Shown one piece after another: positions 40,529 through 52,824 of a DNA stretch of 64,000 nucleotides; positions within the stretch are counted from its first letter, which is position 1, and every line of letters starts with the position of its first letter. The position numbers and the translations under genes were made by a program. The DNA lies in contig CP198939.1 in assembly GCA_052401645.1 (NCBI GenBank), forward strand, positions 1,227,651 to 1,291,650, in the 5' to 3' direction. Origin of the DNA: Arsenophonus sp. Lineage in GTDB: Bacteria > Pseudomonadota > Gammaproteobacteria > Enterobacterales > Enterobacteriaceae. Below the pieces are notes generated by a model. That model worked only from the letters and a program-made list of their open reading frames with translations. It made no database searches and had not been told where the DNA came from.

Positions 40529-42150
40529 TATTTTATTTTCTTATAAATGTTATCATAAATCAATTTTTATAGATAGTTTAGTTCTTTTAAAGATAAAATA
40601 ATAAAAACTATTATAACGGATTTTAAAAATGTATTTACATATAAATAATATATGAATTCAGAATTGATTAATAATGAAAAATTATTTTATAAATAAAATA
40701 TTTATATATGAATTAATTACTGGTAATAAGTTATAGTTATTAACGAAGATGTATTTAGACACTCATATATATCATAATTTATACTTATTATTTTAATTTA
40801 TAAAACTGTAAACTTATTTATAAAATGGTTAATTTATAAAAAATATAATTTTTACTAAAAATAAATATTTATATTTAGCAATTTCATTTAAAATAATGAA
40901 TTAATTTTATTTAAAACAAACCAATATTACTAATAAAAATATAAATAATTAATGGTTGAATAACCTTAATTTATAATTAATATTTAATTTCATTTTTATT
41001 TTATTTTAGATATAACTTTCGAAAATTAATATAGATATTAAACTAACTTAACAACTAGAACTATAATTAAAATTATTTATAAAATAACTGGTAATCTTAG
41101 TAATTAAATAAGAATTGCAACTTTATATTACCATTTTATCATAAGTATAAAAAAATAAACCTTTATTATTATAAATAGCTATTCAATATGTTTAAAATCT
41201 CCAGTTCTTTTACTAAAGTTTATAGAAAATAAAATAACTCATTATTAAATATAATAATCTTAAAAAAAATAATTATCATTTATTTCTTTAAACTAGTTAT
41301 GATAGATTTCTTAAATACTAATAAAGTATTAGTATATTTATATTTTTAGTCTTTTTTTTTAAAATTTTTAAATTATATATTCTGAATTATATATCAGATA
41401 ATAAGTTATATCATTTTTAGTAAAATTAATAAAATTGATAAAATAAAATATGTAATTTTATATTATTATTTTTATTGAAAGTATTATTGTTAGTTCAAAT
41501 ATAGACTTATAAACTTCGGATCTTTAATCCTTTTAGATCATTGAATGAACCAAAGTTAATACTATATAAGTTTATATAAACGCTGTAATTAATTATCCTA
41601 ATAATAGGGCATATTAAAGTTTTTAAAACCGATATTTAATACTGCATTTCCATTTTATTAGTTTAAAATTACTTGTATTATTTAATATATAAAAATTTTT
41701 ATAATTAAAACCAATTTATTATATTTTATTTTAAATGTTATTTATTAAAATTAATATTTATTTAATAATAAAATTCATTTTTATTAATGATTTTTAATCT
41801 GAATAATTTTGTAATAGTGGTAGTTTGTTTTATTTTTTATTAGTGATCTCTATTCATTTTTTTAAATCATCAAGATAATTTGATGCTTTATCACATTAAA
41901 ATATAGTGCTATTTTCTATTTTATAATAAAAGATTGTTTTTGCAATAAAATAGTGATTAAATTTTATACAATAGGATAGTATTTATTTGTACATTGATTT
42001 TTTTATTATTGACAATTAATATTTGCAATCTTTATATTAAGATATTTTTTGAATTTATAAAAAAATTATATTTATATATACTTAATCTCAGATATTTAAC
42101 TAATTAAACTCTATTCATAATTAATTATATTTAAAAAATAATATCTTTAT

Positions 42151-42174
42151 AAAATACAAAATATTTTGTATTTT
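42151..42174. repeat. perfect 24-nt palindrome (12-bp arms)
   Basis: aaaatacaaaat|attttgtatttt, checked base by base. Confidence 0.9.
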
Positions 42175-43585
42175 TAATATTTTACAGTCAACATTCATCT
42201 ATATCTTATCACGATTGAATTTCTATCTTACATAATAAAAAATTATTTTTATTAATTAATAAGATTGAAAATCGATAAAATCGATAACTTGTTAATTTTA
42301 TTAATTAAGTTAAGTTACCTTATAATTGTCTTAAAATAAGTTTTTATATTTGTTTTTTAATTTATCATTAACCTATATTTGATATTTAAAGTTAATATTT
42401 TGATTAATTTTAAGTGCATAAATTATATGTATTCCTATTTTATTTTAAAATTTAAATAATTTTTATTATTATAATTATTTTATTTTTTAAAATATATTAT
42501 TAAAATAAAGATACTATAAAAACATATGTTATTATAATAATTTATTTTTAAATATTTAGAATATCTTTTTAATAACTAAAAATCAATTTACAATAATAGT
42601 AGTAAGTTATCTATTTAAACTAAAAATAAACTAATTAAATAATTTAGTCGCATATTTAAATTGATATTAATTTAATTATATTTATATTAAAGATATGTAT
42701 TTTTTTATTTTTAAATATATATGATATATATAACTATATGTTAGTTTATTTATTTCAATTAAATTAATTAATTTAATTTGTTTTTTTAAAACCAATAAAT
42801 ACATGTTATAATGTTAAATTATTATAATATTTAATTTTTTTATATTAATAAATTAATATTTTTTATAATAATTTAGTTATTCATTAATTAATAAGAAATA
42901 ACTTTATTATAAGTCATTTATATATAATATGAGTAACCATATTAATCCATTTTTATTATATTACTATACAAAAAAAATTTAATTAATCTTATTAAAATAT
43001 TAATAATATTAAATATCTTTATTAAAATTTAAAAAACTATTAATGGTAAATAATCTAACTATATAATAGAGAGGTATTATAAATTAAAAAAATAAAATTT
43101 TTATCTAAAATATCTAATTTTTAATTACTTTATTAAATAAAATTCATACGAAAATTATTTGTATAATTATTTTAGATAAGTGTTTTTTAATAACAAAAAA
43201 TTAATTATATTTATCGAGTTGCTCTACTTTATGTTAATAATCTGATAATTATGAAGATTATATTTTATGTGATAAGAAACTTTTATTATACTACTGATAT
43301 TAGTTAATAAAAAACATAAAAAGTTTGTTTATTATTAAATAATAAATATTTTTTTATTGTGCTATTATTTCTCTTTTTGGAATATTTTAATATTAATTCA
43401 TTTCATAACAATATTATTCAATAATACTATATTAATATGGATGATTTAGTAAATATAATTATCAAATTTTAAATAAATGACCATTTTTTAAAAATGTTCT
43501 ATCTTATATAGATAAAAGAAATAAAATATATTTAAGAACTAATCATAAATATTGTTTCAAATATTTATAAGCTGTATTTTTACTA

Positions 43586-43617
43586 TTTAAATTATATTAA
43601 ACTTAATATAATTTAAA
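43586..43617. repeat. perfect 15-bp inverted repeat with a 2-nt centre
   Basis: tttaaattatattaa-ac-ttaatataatttaaa, checked base by base. Confidence 0.9.
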
Positions 43618-44020
43618 ACCTATAATAATATAATAAGTATCAGAAAAGATAAATTACTATAATTAACTCTTTTACTTCATCTTATTAGCTTATCTAATAA
43701 GATTAGATAATTACATAACACAAAATAGTAAATTTTATAATTTTAATATTATTGTGTACCACATATTTTTTAAAATTAATTAATTTAATGGATATTTTCT
43801 ATTTCATAAAAATGTTAATATTGATTATTTCATTGTAATTGCCATTGACTACTTTTGATAAATTGATTTTACTATATTTTATTTTATTATAAAAACGTAA
43901 TTTTTTATAAAAAAGTTAATTTTAAATTAAAATATATTAATAATCATTAAAAATTTAAAAAATCTACATATGTACAACATACTGTATTAAATATCCTTTT
44001 AGTAAAAATATAGATAATAT

Positions 44021-44596
44021 TTAATTTCGTATTATAGGTTTTACTTTATTATCAATAGCTTCTCTTGCTCGAAAAATACGAGAACGAACTGTACCAATAG
44101 GGCAATCCATAATAATCGATATCTCTTCATAACTTAGTCCATCAAACTCCCTAAGTATAATTGCTAATCGTAAACATTCAGGAAGTGATTGTATGATTTG
44201 AAAAACTACTTTTCTTAATTCTTCTGATAAAATTAAATTTTCAGGATTTGAAATTTCTTTTAATATATTAAAAGTTTCAAAATTTTCCATATTAACTACA
44301 TTTATATCATTTGAAGGTGGTCGTCGTCCTTGTAATATAAGATAATTTTTTGCTGTATTCACAGATATCCTATGAAGCCAAGTATAAAATGCACTTTCGC
44401 CACGAAATGTACTTATAGAACGATAAGTTTTAATGAACGCTTCTTGAGTAACATCTTGAACATCTACGTAAGGTACATAACGAGAAACAAGATTCACAAT
44501 TTTATTCTGGTATTTGATAACCAGTAAATTAAAAGCTCTTTTATCCCCTTGTTGTACACGTTCAACCAGTATTTGATCTGTAAACCGCTCGCTCAT
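44021..44596 (-). CDS. rpoE: ECF RNA polymerase sigma factor sigma-E
   Basis: 191 aa, the same length as E. coli RpoE. Contains MSERFTDQILVERVQQGDKRAFNLLV, FYTWLHRISVNTAKNYL and the region 4.2 sequence GLSYEEISIIMDCPIGTVRSRIFRAREAI. Confidence 0.97.
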   Translation of the reverse strand: MSERFTDQILVERVQQGDKRAFNLLVIKYQNKIVNLVSRYVPYVDVQDVTQEAFIKTYRSISTFRGESAFYTWLHRISVNTAKNYLILQGRRPPSNDINVVNMENFETFNILKEISNPENLILSEELRKVVFQIIQSLPECLRLAIILREFDGLSYEEISIIMDCPIGTVRSRIFRAREAIDNKVKPIIRN

Positions 44597-44683
44597 CTGA
44601 GGTCATTTCTCCACAAAATAAGCCTTATTTTTTTCTATTTGTGAATCTGCTATGTTTTTTCAAATTTATAAGCAAGCAATTCT

Positions 44684-44709
44684 TTTGCTTAACAAAATTT
44701 ATAAAGTTC
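44684..44709 (-). promoter_or_regulatory. candidate sigma-E-dependent (autoregulatory) promoter of rpoE
   Basis: The gene strand reads tGAACTT-15 nt-GCAAA, against the sigma-E consensus GGAACTT-N15/16-TCAAA. The -35 is at 44709-44704 and the -10 at 44688-44684, about 90 nt upstream of the rpoE ATG. This placement resembles the E. coli rpoE P2 promoter as I recall it. Confidence 0.45.
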
Positions 44710-45449
44710 ATACTTAATTTAAATTATTTTAAATTTAATCTAACTTAAATCATAAAAACTATTTTAAGTATATTAATCATATTTACTTTAATAAAAGTAA
44801 GCTAAAGACAGTTTTTATTATATTAATAAATTTTATCAATAAAAATATTATACATCAAACGATGTTATAGAAATATTTTAATCATTAATAATGGAATTTT
44901 TTTATTTTATTGTTAAAATTATATTTAATAATATTATTAAATAAATATATTTAATAAAAGATTTTGATTTGATTTTATTTTTATATAAAAATTATAAAAA
45001 TTATAATTAATTTATATATTATAAATAGAATATGAATTTTTTATTCACAATAAAACAATATAAATTATATTTCATAATACATTAAATTATTTTTATGAAA
45101 TTATACATAAATAAAGATATTGGTTATAAATAATAAAAGGTAAATATTAAAACATTAAAATGATCTAATTAATTAATTAAGATTATTAAATAATTACTAA
45201 TTGTATTTAATTCATAAAGTTTTTTTAGAAAGTTAATTTAATTTATCTTTTAATCAAAATATAAGTAATAAAATCTAAAATAACTCTCCAATAATTTATA
45301 TTAATAAATGATAAATAGTTATTTTTAATAGAATATAATATAAATAATATTATTTATTATATTTTTATAATATAAATATTTTCAAAATATTAAAAGAACA
45401 AAACGGATATATGAAAATCGGTTTGTTTTTACCGTTTATTTTATATGTT

Positions 45450-45483
45450 ATTTACATAACATAATATTTTATGTTATGTAAAT
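45450..45483. repeat. perfect 15-bp stem with a 4-nt loop
   Basis: atttacataacataa-tatt-ttatgttatgtaaat, checked base by base. Confidence 0.9.
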
Positions 45484-45587
45484 TCTATTAGTATATTAAT
45501 ACTAAATAATTTAATCAATTATACTAATCATATCAAATAAATAATAATAAAATTTTATAAACACTTATTCAAATAATATTAATTAAT

Positions 45588-45611
45588 AATTATCACTAAT
45601 TAGTGATAATT
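45588..45611. repeat. perfect 24-nt palindrome (12-bp arms, two G:C pairs per arm)
   Basis: aattatcactaa|ttagtgataatt, checked base by base. Confidence 0.9.
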
Positions 45612-48600
45612 CATAAAAAATTTGATTCATATTAAATAATTAAAACTTTATTAATATAATATTATTTTTTTTAATAAAAAACATAATATTCGCAATTAAA
45701 TAGCATAGAAAAATAAAAATAAAATTAGATTAATATCTATTTTCATTCAAAATTTAATCACATAAAATTTTTATGATTTATTTAAATTAAATAGTTTCTA
45801 TTAATTTCTTCATTGATAAATATTAATAAAAATCAGCATAAATAATAGAATTAAATAAAGATATATTCTGTATAAATTAATACTATTCAAATAGCATTAA
45901 AATCTTAAGTAGATACAATAATAATAAGTAACTAATTAACTTAAATAAATATATTGATTTATTTATTAATCATTCTTATTTTTTATTTTTATTTAATAAT
46001 TTTTAATTCGTTTGTAATTATACAATCAACAACTAATAATATCATATTAGCAATTTATTTAAATAAATAACTTCAATAATATAAAATATAAAACGATTTA
46101 ATATTTTATCTACATGAATGGACAAACACAATTTTAACTTATAAATTACAAATTATTTGTTTTCTTATTAATAAATTAATAATATATTAATTAGTTTTAA
46201 AAAATGATATATAGAGAACTTCATATCATTTTTTATTTATTAAAAATGATATAAGATATTATAGAAAACTAATAATTATTAGGATTTAATTATAAGAATA
46301 TTGATAATCATTAACTATATAAAAAAGTTAATATCTGTTTTTTATAAAAAAAACATACTATGTTAGGATATTGATATTTTAATCATTTAAAAAATATTTT
46401 TATAAAATTATTTTATTTTTTTGTAAGTAAAATTCATATTATTTATATATTTAAAGTGATAAAGATAACTTAATATAATTAATTATTATATTTTATTTTA
46501 AATGTTATTAAGTATATAAAATGCTTTATAAGAAAATCTATAATTTATTATTATAAATATAATATAGAATGTAAGATAATTTACTCTATAAAATTTAATC
46601 AAATTACAAAAAATAAACATAAAAATTAGAATTTAAGATTCAATTTATTTAATAATGAAATATAGATTTTATTTATTCTAACTAATAATATTCAATTATT
46701 TCTAACCATATTCATAATCTACTTATTAAGTAAAATTTGTAATAAGAAAATATCTAATAATAAATTATATATATTTAGTTTTTATAACTTTACATAAATA
46801 AATAATGTCATATTTTTATTAATATAAATAATAAAAATAAAAGTATTATTAAGAATTTAAATAAATTGAATAATAATTTAAAAACTAAAATGAATAATAA
46901 TATTTTATATAATCATTCTAAAAAAAGGAAATTATATGTCATAATTTAACTGGTATAATTAACAAATAAAATACATATGGTTTAGTAAATATAAGAAAAT
47001 TATATTTATAATACCTCAAGACATCTTTTATTTTATAATAATATTTAGTAAAATTAACATAATAAATATCATAAAACAACTTTATAAAATAATAGATTTA
47101 TTTCATTATGAACTATCTTTTTTACATTGAGAAAGGTTACTATCTAGGAATTTTAAAAAAAATAAAGCTTAGTTAACATTTTAAATTCTCTTTAGAATAT
47201 GTTATCTTATAAATATAGCTAATAAAAATAATATTTACTATTATTTAATAATAACTACTTTAGTGTATTATTTGTTATTTTCCTAAAATTAAGGATTTAA
47301 TATTATTTAGAACTTTAATTGCGTTAAAAAAAACTATTAGAGATTTTATATTTAGAGTAAAATGCTCTAAAAAAATAATTAAATTTATAATAACTATGTA
47401 ATTCTGTATGTTTATTATCACAGAATTCAATTCGATAAATTTTCGATTTTATAATTATTTTAAAATACAACTCATAACATTAATAGAAGATACTTTATTT
47501 CATTTATATACATAGATAATAGACATATATATTTTATATAATTTAAATGTTTAATTTTTGTTATATGAATAATCAATGTTATAAATTTTTTTCATTAAAA
47601 ATAAATTTTATTATATTATAATTGCTGATAATTATATTTTAAACAATGGACTTATTATAAATAATTTATAATTAACTTTTAATAATTTATATTGGTATTT
47701 TTTATTATATTTTAAAATTTATCTCCTATAAATAAAATTTTATTCATATGAAATTAATTTTAATTTATGAGAAATTAAATCATATTTACTATTAATGATT
47801 ATACAATAATACTATTATAAATTAATATTTTCATATTTTTTTATTATTGCCATTAAACTTCAAATCATAATATTCTATATATTGATCTAATCAGTTTTTT
47901 CCAAATTGCCTTTTATCTAGATTAAATCTAAAATATTATTATAATAATTATAAGTTATAAAATAAATGAAATTGAAAATCTATATTGATTACATAAAATA
48001 ATAAATTATCTTATTATTTTATAAGAGAGATGCGTTTTGTCTTACTTTTTAGTTTTAATTTAAAGATTATTTTTTATTTAAATGATTAAGAAAAACTGTT
48101 GTATCTAAAATAAAAAAGAATTATAATATAAATATAATTACATTTTATTTCACGTCACGATTAATAAATTATATTTTATAGATACATTTAATTTAATAAT
48201 AATTTTATTATTAAGAAAACGTAAAAACTATTTATTGCATATAATAATTACGTTGCTAATAATATGAATTAAAAATTTTTTAAATATTACAAATATCTTT
48301 ATACAACCAAAAGCTAATAGAATAATATTTTTATAAAAAATAGTTAATCGATGATTTTTAAATCATATACATAACTTAATAATTGATAAATTATCTATAT
48401 ATAAAATTAATATTATTAATTTTAGAAAATATATAGATATATTTTACATCTATACTATACTTTAATGAGTAAAAACAAAGGATTTTATTTCTTATATTTT
48501 CTGAATAATTAATGTATTACTCATAATTAGTTTAAAATATAATTAATTCATTCTTTCATGCAGTCTTTTAAATTTAATCACTTAGATTTTATTAAATGAT

Positions 48601-48843
48601 ATCCTTCTGTTTTTATAAAAAAAATATAACTAATTTTTAATTTTAATAATATAACAATTTATTAATTAATATTTATTTTAATAATTAGAAATAAAATATA
48701 TCGAAATGATAGATTAATTTTATTTTATTTTTATATAATTCTGTTATTAATTTTTATAATAGTTATTTATATAATTGATTTCAATAAATTAAAAATTGTA
48801 TCTGATATCGTAATTTAAAATTATTTAATTAAAAGGTGAAAAT

Positions 48844-49602
48844 ATGAAAGTTACTAACTACTACAAAGTAGTGTCAACAATGTTTGTCTTATTACTAATC
48901 TCAATAATTTCTTTTTCTAATGTATTTGCTGGTGATACAGCTAATTTTACTATATCAGGTAGATTTCTCCCAACTACATGCAATATAATATTATCTAAAA
49001 ATAACATTGATGTTGGTAATATTAAGTATAGAGAACTTCAAATAAGAAATACGAACAATAAACTAATAGAAAGAGAATTGTCTCAGAATGTTGGATTTTA
49101 TGACAACATTGAAAAGACAACACTAATAGTTGAATGTGATAATTTAACATCTGTCGGTTTTACTGTTACTGATAATAATAGTTCTTATGCTCCACTTAAT
49201 TTCATTAAAAATATAGATAGAGAAGGATCTGATTTATCACATGCATTTGGACTAAAATCTATTAGTGGCCTCACTGCAGGTTCTAAGCTTGGTGGTTATT
49301 TTTTTGAATTTACTAAACCACAAGTCATTGGAGCAGAAGGAAAAGATGTTAATAAAAATTTCAATACTGGTTTTATAGATTCTAAAATAAGCAATGCTAG
49401 ATGGATAAAGAATAAAATATCTGGTGATTTAACACTATCAAAAATATGGACATATACTGATACGATTGATCCAGTAAAGGCAAAAATATTTAAAGTTGAT
49501 TTAAAACCTAATCTTTTTTTTTACTATGATAGTACTAAACGTGATCTAACAGATGAAATTACTTTTCAAGGTTCAGCAACATTTACTATCTTTTATATTT
49601 AG
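48844..49602 (+). CDS. secreted fimbrial-type subunit, atypically large (252 aa); probable major pilin of a chaperone-usher system, possibly the DUF1120/beta-fimbrial type
   Basis: AAGGTGA Shine-Dalgarno 5 nt before the ATG. Signal peptide ...SFSNVFA|GD. The N-terminal stretch GDTANFTISGRFLPTTC has alternating hydrophobics before the first Cys, which looks like a donor strand. The second Cys lies in LIVECD. The C-terminal beta-strand GSATFTIFYI* is typical of pilins. It is the first gene of a chaperone-usher operon. Confidence 0.75.
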   Translation: MKVTNYYKVVSTMFVLLLISIISFSNVFAGDTANFTISGRFLPTTCNIILSKNNIDVGNIKYRELQIRNTNNKLIERELSQNVGFYDNIEKTTLIVECDNLTSVGFTVTDNNSSYAPLNFIKNIDREGSDLSHAFGLKSISGLTAGSKLGGYFFEFTKPQVIGAEGKDVNKNFNTGFIDSKISNARWIKNKISGDLTLSKIWTYTDTIDPVKAKIFKVDLKPNLFFYYDSTKRDLTDEITFQGSATFTIFYI

Positions 49603-49637
49603 TATTACAAGATAATAATTAACTTTAAAGCGGCCAC

Positions 49638-49662
49638 GACTACTCTTTATATAGTCTTTTTT
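49638..49662 (+). terminator. weak hairpin plus T6 between the pilin gene and the chaperone gene (possible partial terminator or attenuator)
   Basis: GACTA (49638-42) pairs with TAGTC (49652-56) across a 9-nt loop and is followed by TTTTTT (49657-62). It sits in the only G+C-containing part of the 105-nt intergenic region (aaagcggccacgac...). Confidence 0.3.
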
Positions 49663-49707
49663 CAAGTAATAATCATTTATGATATTAATAACAAGGAAAT
49701 TCTTATC

Positions 49708-50412
49708 ATGAATATAAAAAACATTCTATTAATATTGCTAATATCCATTCCTCTTATTTCAAGAGCAAATCATTTAAAATTGCATACTTCTGCTATTATT
49801 ATAGAAGCTAATATTGGCGAAAACTCTTTCCCAGTAAAAAATGAATCTTCTTCACCTATTATAATGCTTACTACTCTTGAATCTATACCAGAAGACCCAG
49901 AAAAAATAGTTATAATTACACCCCCAATCTCACGTATTGAACCTTATGAGACACAAGTAGTGCGTTTTTTTTTAAAAAAAACTAATAATTTAAAAAATGA
50001 ACGTATGGCTCGCGTAAAATTTGAAAGTATTCCATCGAAAGAGGGTGGAGTAGTTAGTAATCGGATTAATATCAATATTGCTCAAAATATTCCACTTATC
50101 GTACAACCAAAAGGACTTAAGCGTGATTATACTCCTTGGAAACATTTACAATTGAAGGTTTCTAATAACAGATTGTTAATATATAATCCATCTCCATACG
50201 TTGTTCGATTTCACCCTAGATTAACCTTATTACCTTCTCAAGAATTAGCTAGTTTATCAAAAAGTTATCTCTTACCAGGAAAAAAACTATACATAAATTT
50301 ACCAATACAAAAAGGAAAACTTACTGCAGTCAAATTAACACCAGTATCATTATATAACTATATGCAGAATACTATTAAACTACAAGTTAGCTCTGCATCG
50401 TCAGGAATTTAA
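49708..50412 (+). CDS. PapD-like periplasmic pilus chaperone
   Basis: 234 aa. Signal peptide ...LISRA|NH. Chaperone hallmarks: ITPPISRIEPYETQVVRFF, KFESIP, NIAQNIPLIVQPKGL and LLIYNPSPYVVRF. AAGGA Shine-Dalgarno upstream of the ATG. Confidence 0.88.
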   Translation: MNIKNILLILLISIPLISRANHLKLHTSAIIIEANIGENSFPVKNESSSPIIMLTTLESIPEDPEKIVIITPPISRIEPYETQVVRFFLKKTNNLKNERMARVKFESIPSKEGGVVSNRININIAQNIPLIVQPKGLKRDYTPWKHLQLKVSNNRLLIYNPSPYVVRFHPRLTLLPSQELASLSKSYLLPGKKLYINLPIQKGKLTAVKLTPVSLYNYMQNTIKLQVSSASSGI

Positions 50413-50413
50413 T

Positions 50414-52804
50414 ATGAAAAAGCACCTAATTTTAGGTCGTTTTATTTTTTTATTGGTCATATCTGTAACAGATAGAATAGCTCAATCAATAACTATGTTT
50501 GATACAGATATTTTACGAGCACGAGGTATTCCTGATTCTGTCGCTATCTATTTACAAGGTTCTTCTCGATTCTATCCAGGAATTAATCATCCCACATTAG
50601 TGGTTAATGGTAATAAACGTGGTACTATACCAGTTACATTTAATAACAAAGGTAACTTATGTGTAAATGATATATTTTTAAAAGCTGCAGGGATATTTAT
50701 ACCAAAATCAAATGAATTATTAACTGTCAAAGATCATATTTGCAAATCATTTCCAATTGGCATTAATGTTAAATTACAACCAGGACTTAATCGTGTTGAG
50801 ATATTAGTTCCACCTCAGTGGATTGATAATAATGCAACTAAAAAAAGGTATGTCAATGGTGGAAGCGCGGCACTACTTAACTATAATTTTTACATTACTA
50901 GTAGTAATAGCGGTTTAAATAAGCGATCTAACAAATTTTATGCTTATACTGAAAGCGGATTTAATTTTGATAATTGGATTGTACGTAGTTATGATTCATA
51001 TTCTAGCCAATGTGATAGTACTAAGTTTCAACATCAGTCTGCCTGGATACAACGTACTTTTAACTCATTAAAATCAACGTTACAAGTCGGACAGCTCACT
51101 CTTAATAACCAATTATTTTCAGCACCATCGTTCAATGGAATTCAAGTGATGCAAGAAAACGCATTAATAAAAACAAATAACAATGTTCGAGTCATCGGAA
51201 TTTCATATTCAAATTCAATTGTTAAAGTACATCAGGGAGGTATATTAATTTATTCAACACTTGTACCTTCTGGAAAATTTATTTTAGATAACTTACCATT
51301 AAATAATTTCTCACAGGATTTAGAGGTAACAGTTATTGAAAATAATGGTTGGAAACGACGCTTTATTGTTTCTGCATCGTCATTCATATATAATTTTACA
51401 CCTATACAAGAGAGTTGGACATTTGCTGTAGGGCAACCTCGTAATACACGAAATGGATTAAATAATCTAAAAAGCTATGGATTTATCACAGCTAGTTTTC
51501 CTATAAAAACCTCGCCCAGTAGTAACATTACTACTGGGATAATGTTAGCACAGCATTACACATCTGCTGGACTAAATGCTAAAATGAGATTATGGAAAGG
51601 CACATCAACATATCTACGTTTTCTCGCTGCTAAAGATAGACGCACAGGTACAAAAGGAATTATTACACAGGCTGGACATAGCATGGCGTTAGGAGATACA
51701 TTATTAGCTACTTTAAGTACTTCTTTTTACACTCTTGGTTTTCGCTATCTTACAGATATTCCTCAGTCTAACGTTTCACGTCATAATCAACAACAAAGAT
51801 TTTATAGTGCAAATCTTGGATGGAATAATAAAATTTTAGGATATTTTTCTATTGGTTTAATTAGAACAAAGCGGTTTGATGATACTACTGAAAACTATCC
51901 AACATTAAATTGGAGTCGCAATATTGGTTCAGCTCATGTCTCACTAAATATATCATCACATAATAATGAACATGTAGATAATATGTACTATCTGAATGTT
52001 AATTTACCTCTAGGTAAAACCTATACAAATTTCTCTGCTAATAAAGAAGGTAATAATACCAGTATATCTGCTAATATTAATCATAAAATTAGCGATATTA
52101 TTAGTTATAGTATAGGTACTTCCGTTACTAATAACAAATACCATGACTTTGATGGTTCAATTTATTTACAGTCACGATATGGTCGCCTTTACGGAAATTA
52201 TAATTATAATGGTCATGATAATCATGCTTGGTCAGTTAGTATGAATGGAAGTATAATACACGATGGTTATGGTATGCTTTTCTCGCCATATAGTGTACGT
52301 GATACTTTTGGTGTTATAAGTGTTATTGGACTCGATAATGCACAAATAGCAACATCTGCAGGTACAGTATGGACAAATAAAAATGGACGTGCTGTAGTTC
52401 CATCAGTTACCCCATATAATGAATCACATGTTGAATTAATTAATCAGGGTTTACCACGTAATGTTGAAGTAAATAATCTTCGTAGTATCACTAAAGCTAG
52501 TCGAGGTTCTGTTAGTAATTTTAGTTTTAAAGTCAAACGAAATAGAAAAATATTACTACAAGCTACCGATCAGTATGGTAATTTATTCCAACAAGGTATG
52601 GCTGTATTAGATAAGAATGGACGCTATTTAAGTATCACCGGCGCAGATAGTGATATTTATTTAGATAGAATACATATTAGAAATGGTCTTCTTATTGAAG
52701 ATGATAAGGGAAATCGTTGCACATTAAGCTTAAGAGTAAACACAAAACAATTAAAAGAAGATGAACCTTATGAAATAGTAGCTATACCTGCAGTTTGTCG
52801 ATGA
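50414..52804 (+). CDS. outer-membrane fimbrial usher
   Basis: 796 aa. The N-terminal usher pattern is FDTDILRARGIPDSVAIYL...FYPGINHPTLVVNGNKRGTIPVTF...GNLCVNDIFLKAAGI. The body is long and rich in beta-strand-type sequence. A C-terminal Cys pair is present (CTLSL...PAVCR*). It starts 1 nt after the chaperone stop. Confidence 0.9.
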   Translation: MKKHLILGRFIFLLVISVTDRIAQSITMFDTDILRARGIPDSVAIYLQGSSRFYPGINHPTLVVNGNKRGTIPVTFNNKGNLCVNDIFLKAAGIFIPKSNELLTVKDHICKSFPIGINVKLQPGLNRVEILVPPQWIDNNATKKRYVNGGSAALLNYNFYITSSNSGLNKRSNKFYAYTESGFNFDNWIVRSYDSYSSQCDSTKFQHQSAWIQRTFNSLKSTLQVGQLTLNNQLFSAPSFNGIQVMQENALIKTNNNVRVIGISYSNSIVKVHQGGILIYSTLVPSGKFILDNLPLNNFSQDLEVTVIENNGWKRRFIVSASSFIYNFTPIQESWTFAVGQPRNTRNGLNNLKSYGFITASFPIKTSPSSNITTGIMLAQHYTSAGLNAKMRLWKGTSTYLRFLAAKDRRTGTKGIITQAGHSMALGDTLLATLSTSFYTLGFRYLTDIPQSNVSRHNQQQRFYSANLGWNNKILGYFSIGLIRTKRFDDTTENYPTLNWSRNIGSAHVSLNISSHNNEHVDNMYYLNVNLPLGKTYTNFSANKEGNNTSISANINHKISDIISYSIGTSVTNNKYHDFDGSIYLQSRYGRLYGNYNYNGHDNHAWSVSMNGSIIHDGYGMLFSPYSVRDTFGVISVIGLDNAQIATSAGTVWTNKNGRAVVPSVTPYNESHVELINQGLPRNVEVNNLRSITKASRGSVSNFSFKVKRNRKILLQATDQYGNLFQQGMAVLDKNGRYLSITGADSDIYLDRIHIRNGLLIEDDKGNRCTLSLRVNTKQLKEDEPYEIVAIPAVCR

Positions 52805-52824
52805 GTCAAGAAGAGGAATATGAA

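Larger units (their letters stand above)
40529..44020 (-). pseudogene. ORF-free 3.5-kb spacer at the position of rseA-rseB-rseC (inferred eroded remnants)
   Basis: The evidence is positional only. The enterobacterial order is rpoE-rseA-rseB-rseC then lepA. Here 3492 bp of AT-rich DNA with no ORF in the track separates rpoE from lepA. Confidence 0.3.

Noticed and set aside
48465-48524. Possible invertible promoter or phase-variation switch upstream of the pilus operon
   Set aside because: The only inverted repeat is 8 bp (atgagtaa / ttactcat) spaced ~45 bp apart, which is within chance expectation for this composition. There is no recombinase gene (fimB/E-like) in the window, and I saw no paired GATC sites of the pap type.
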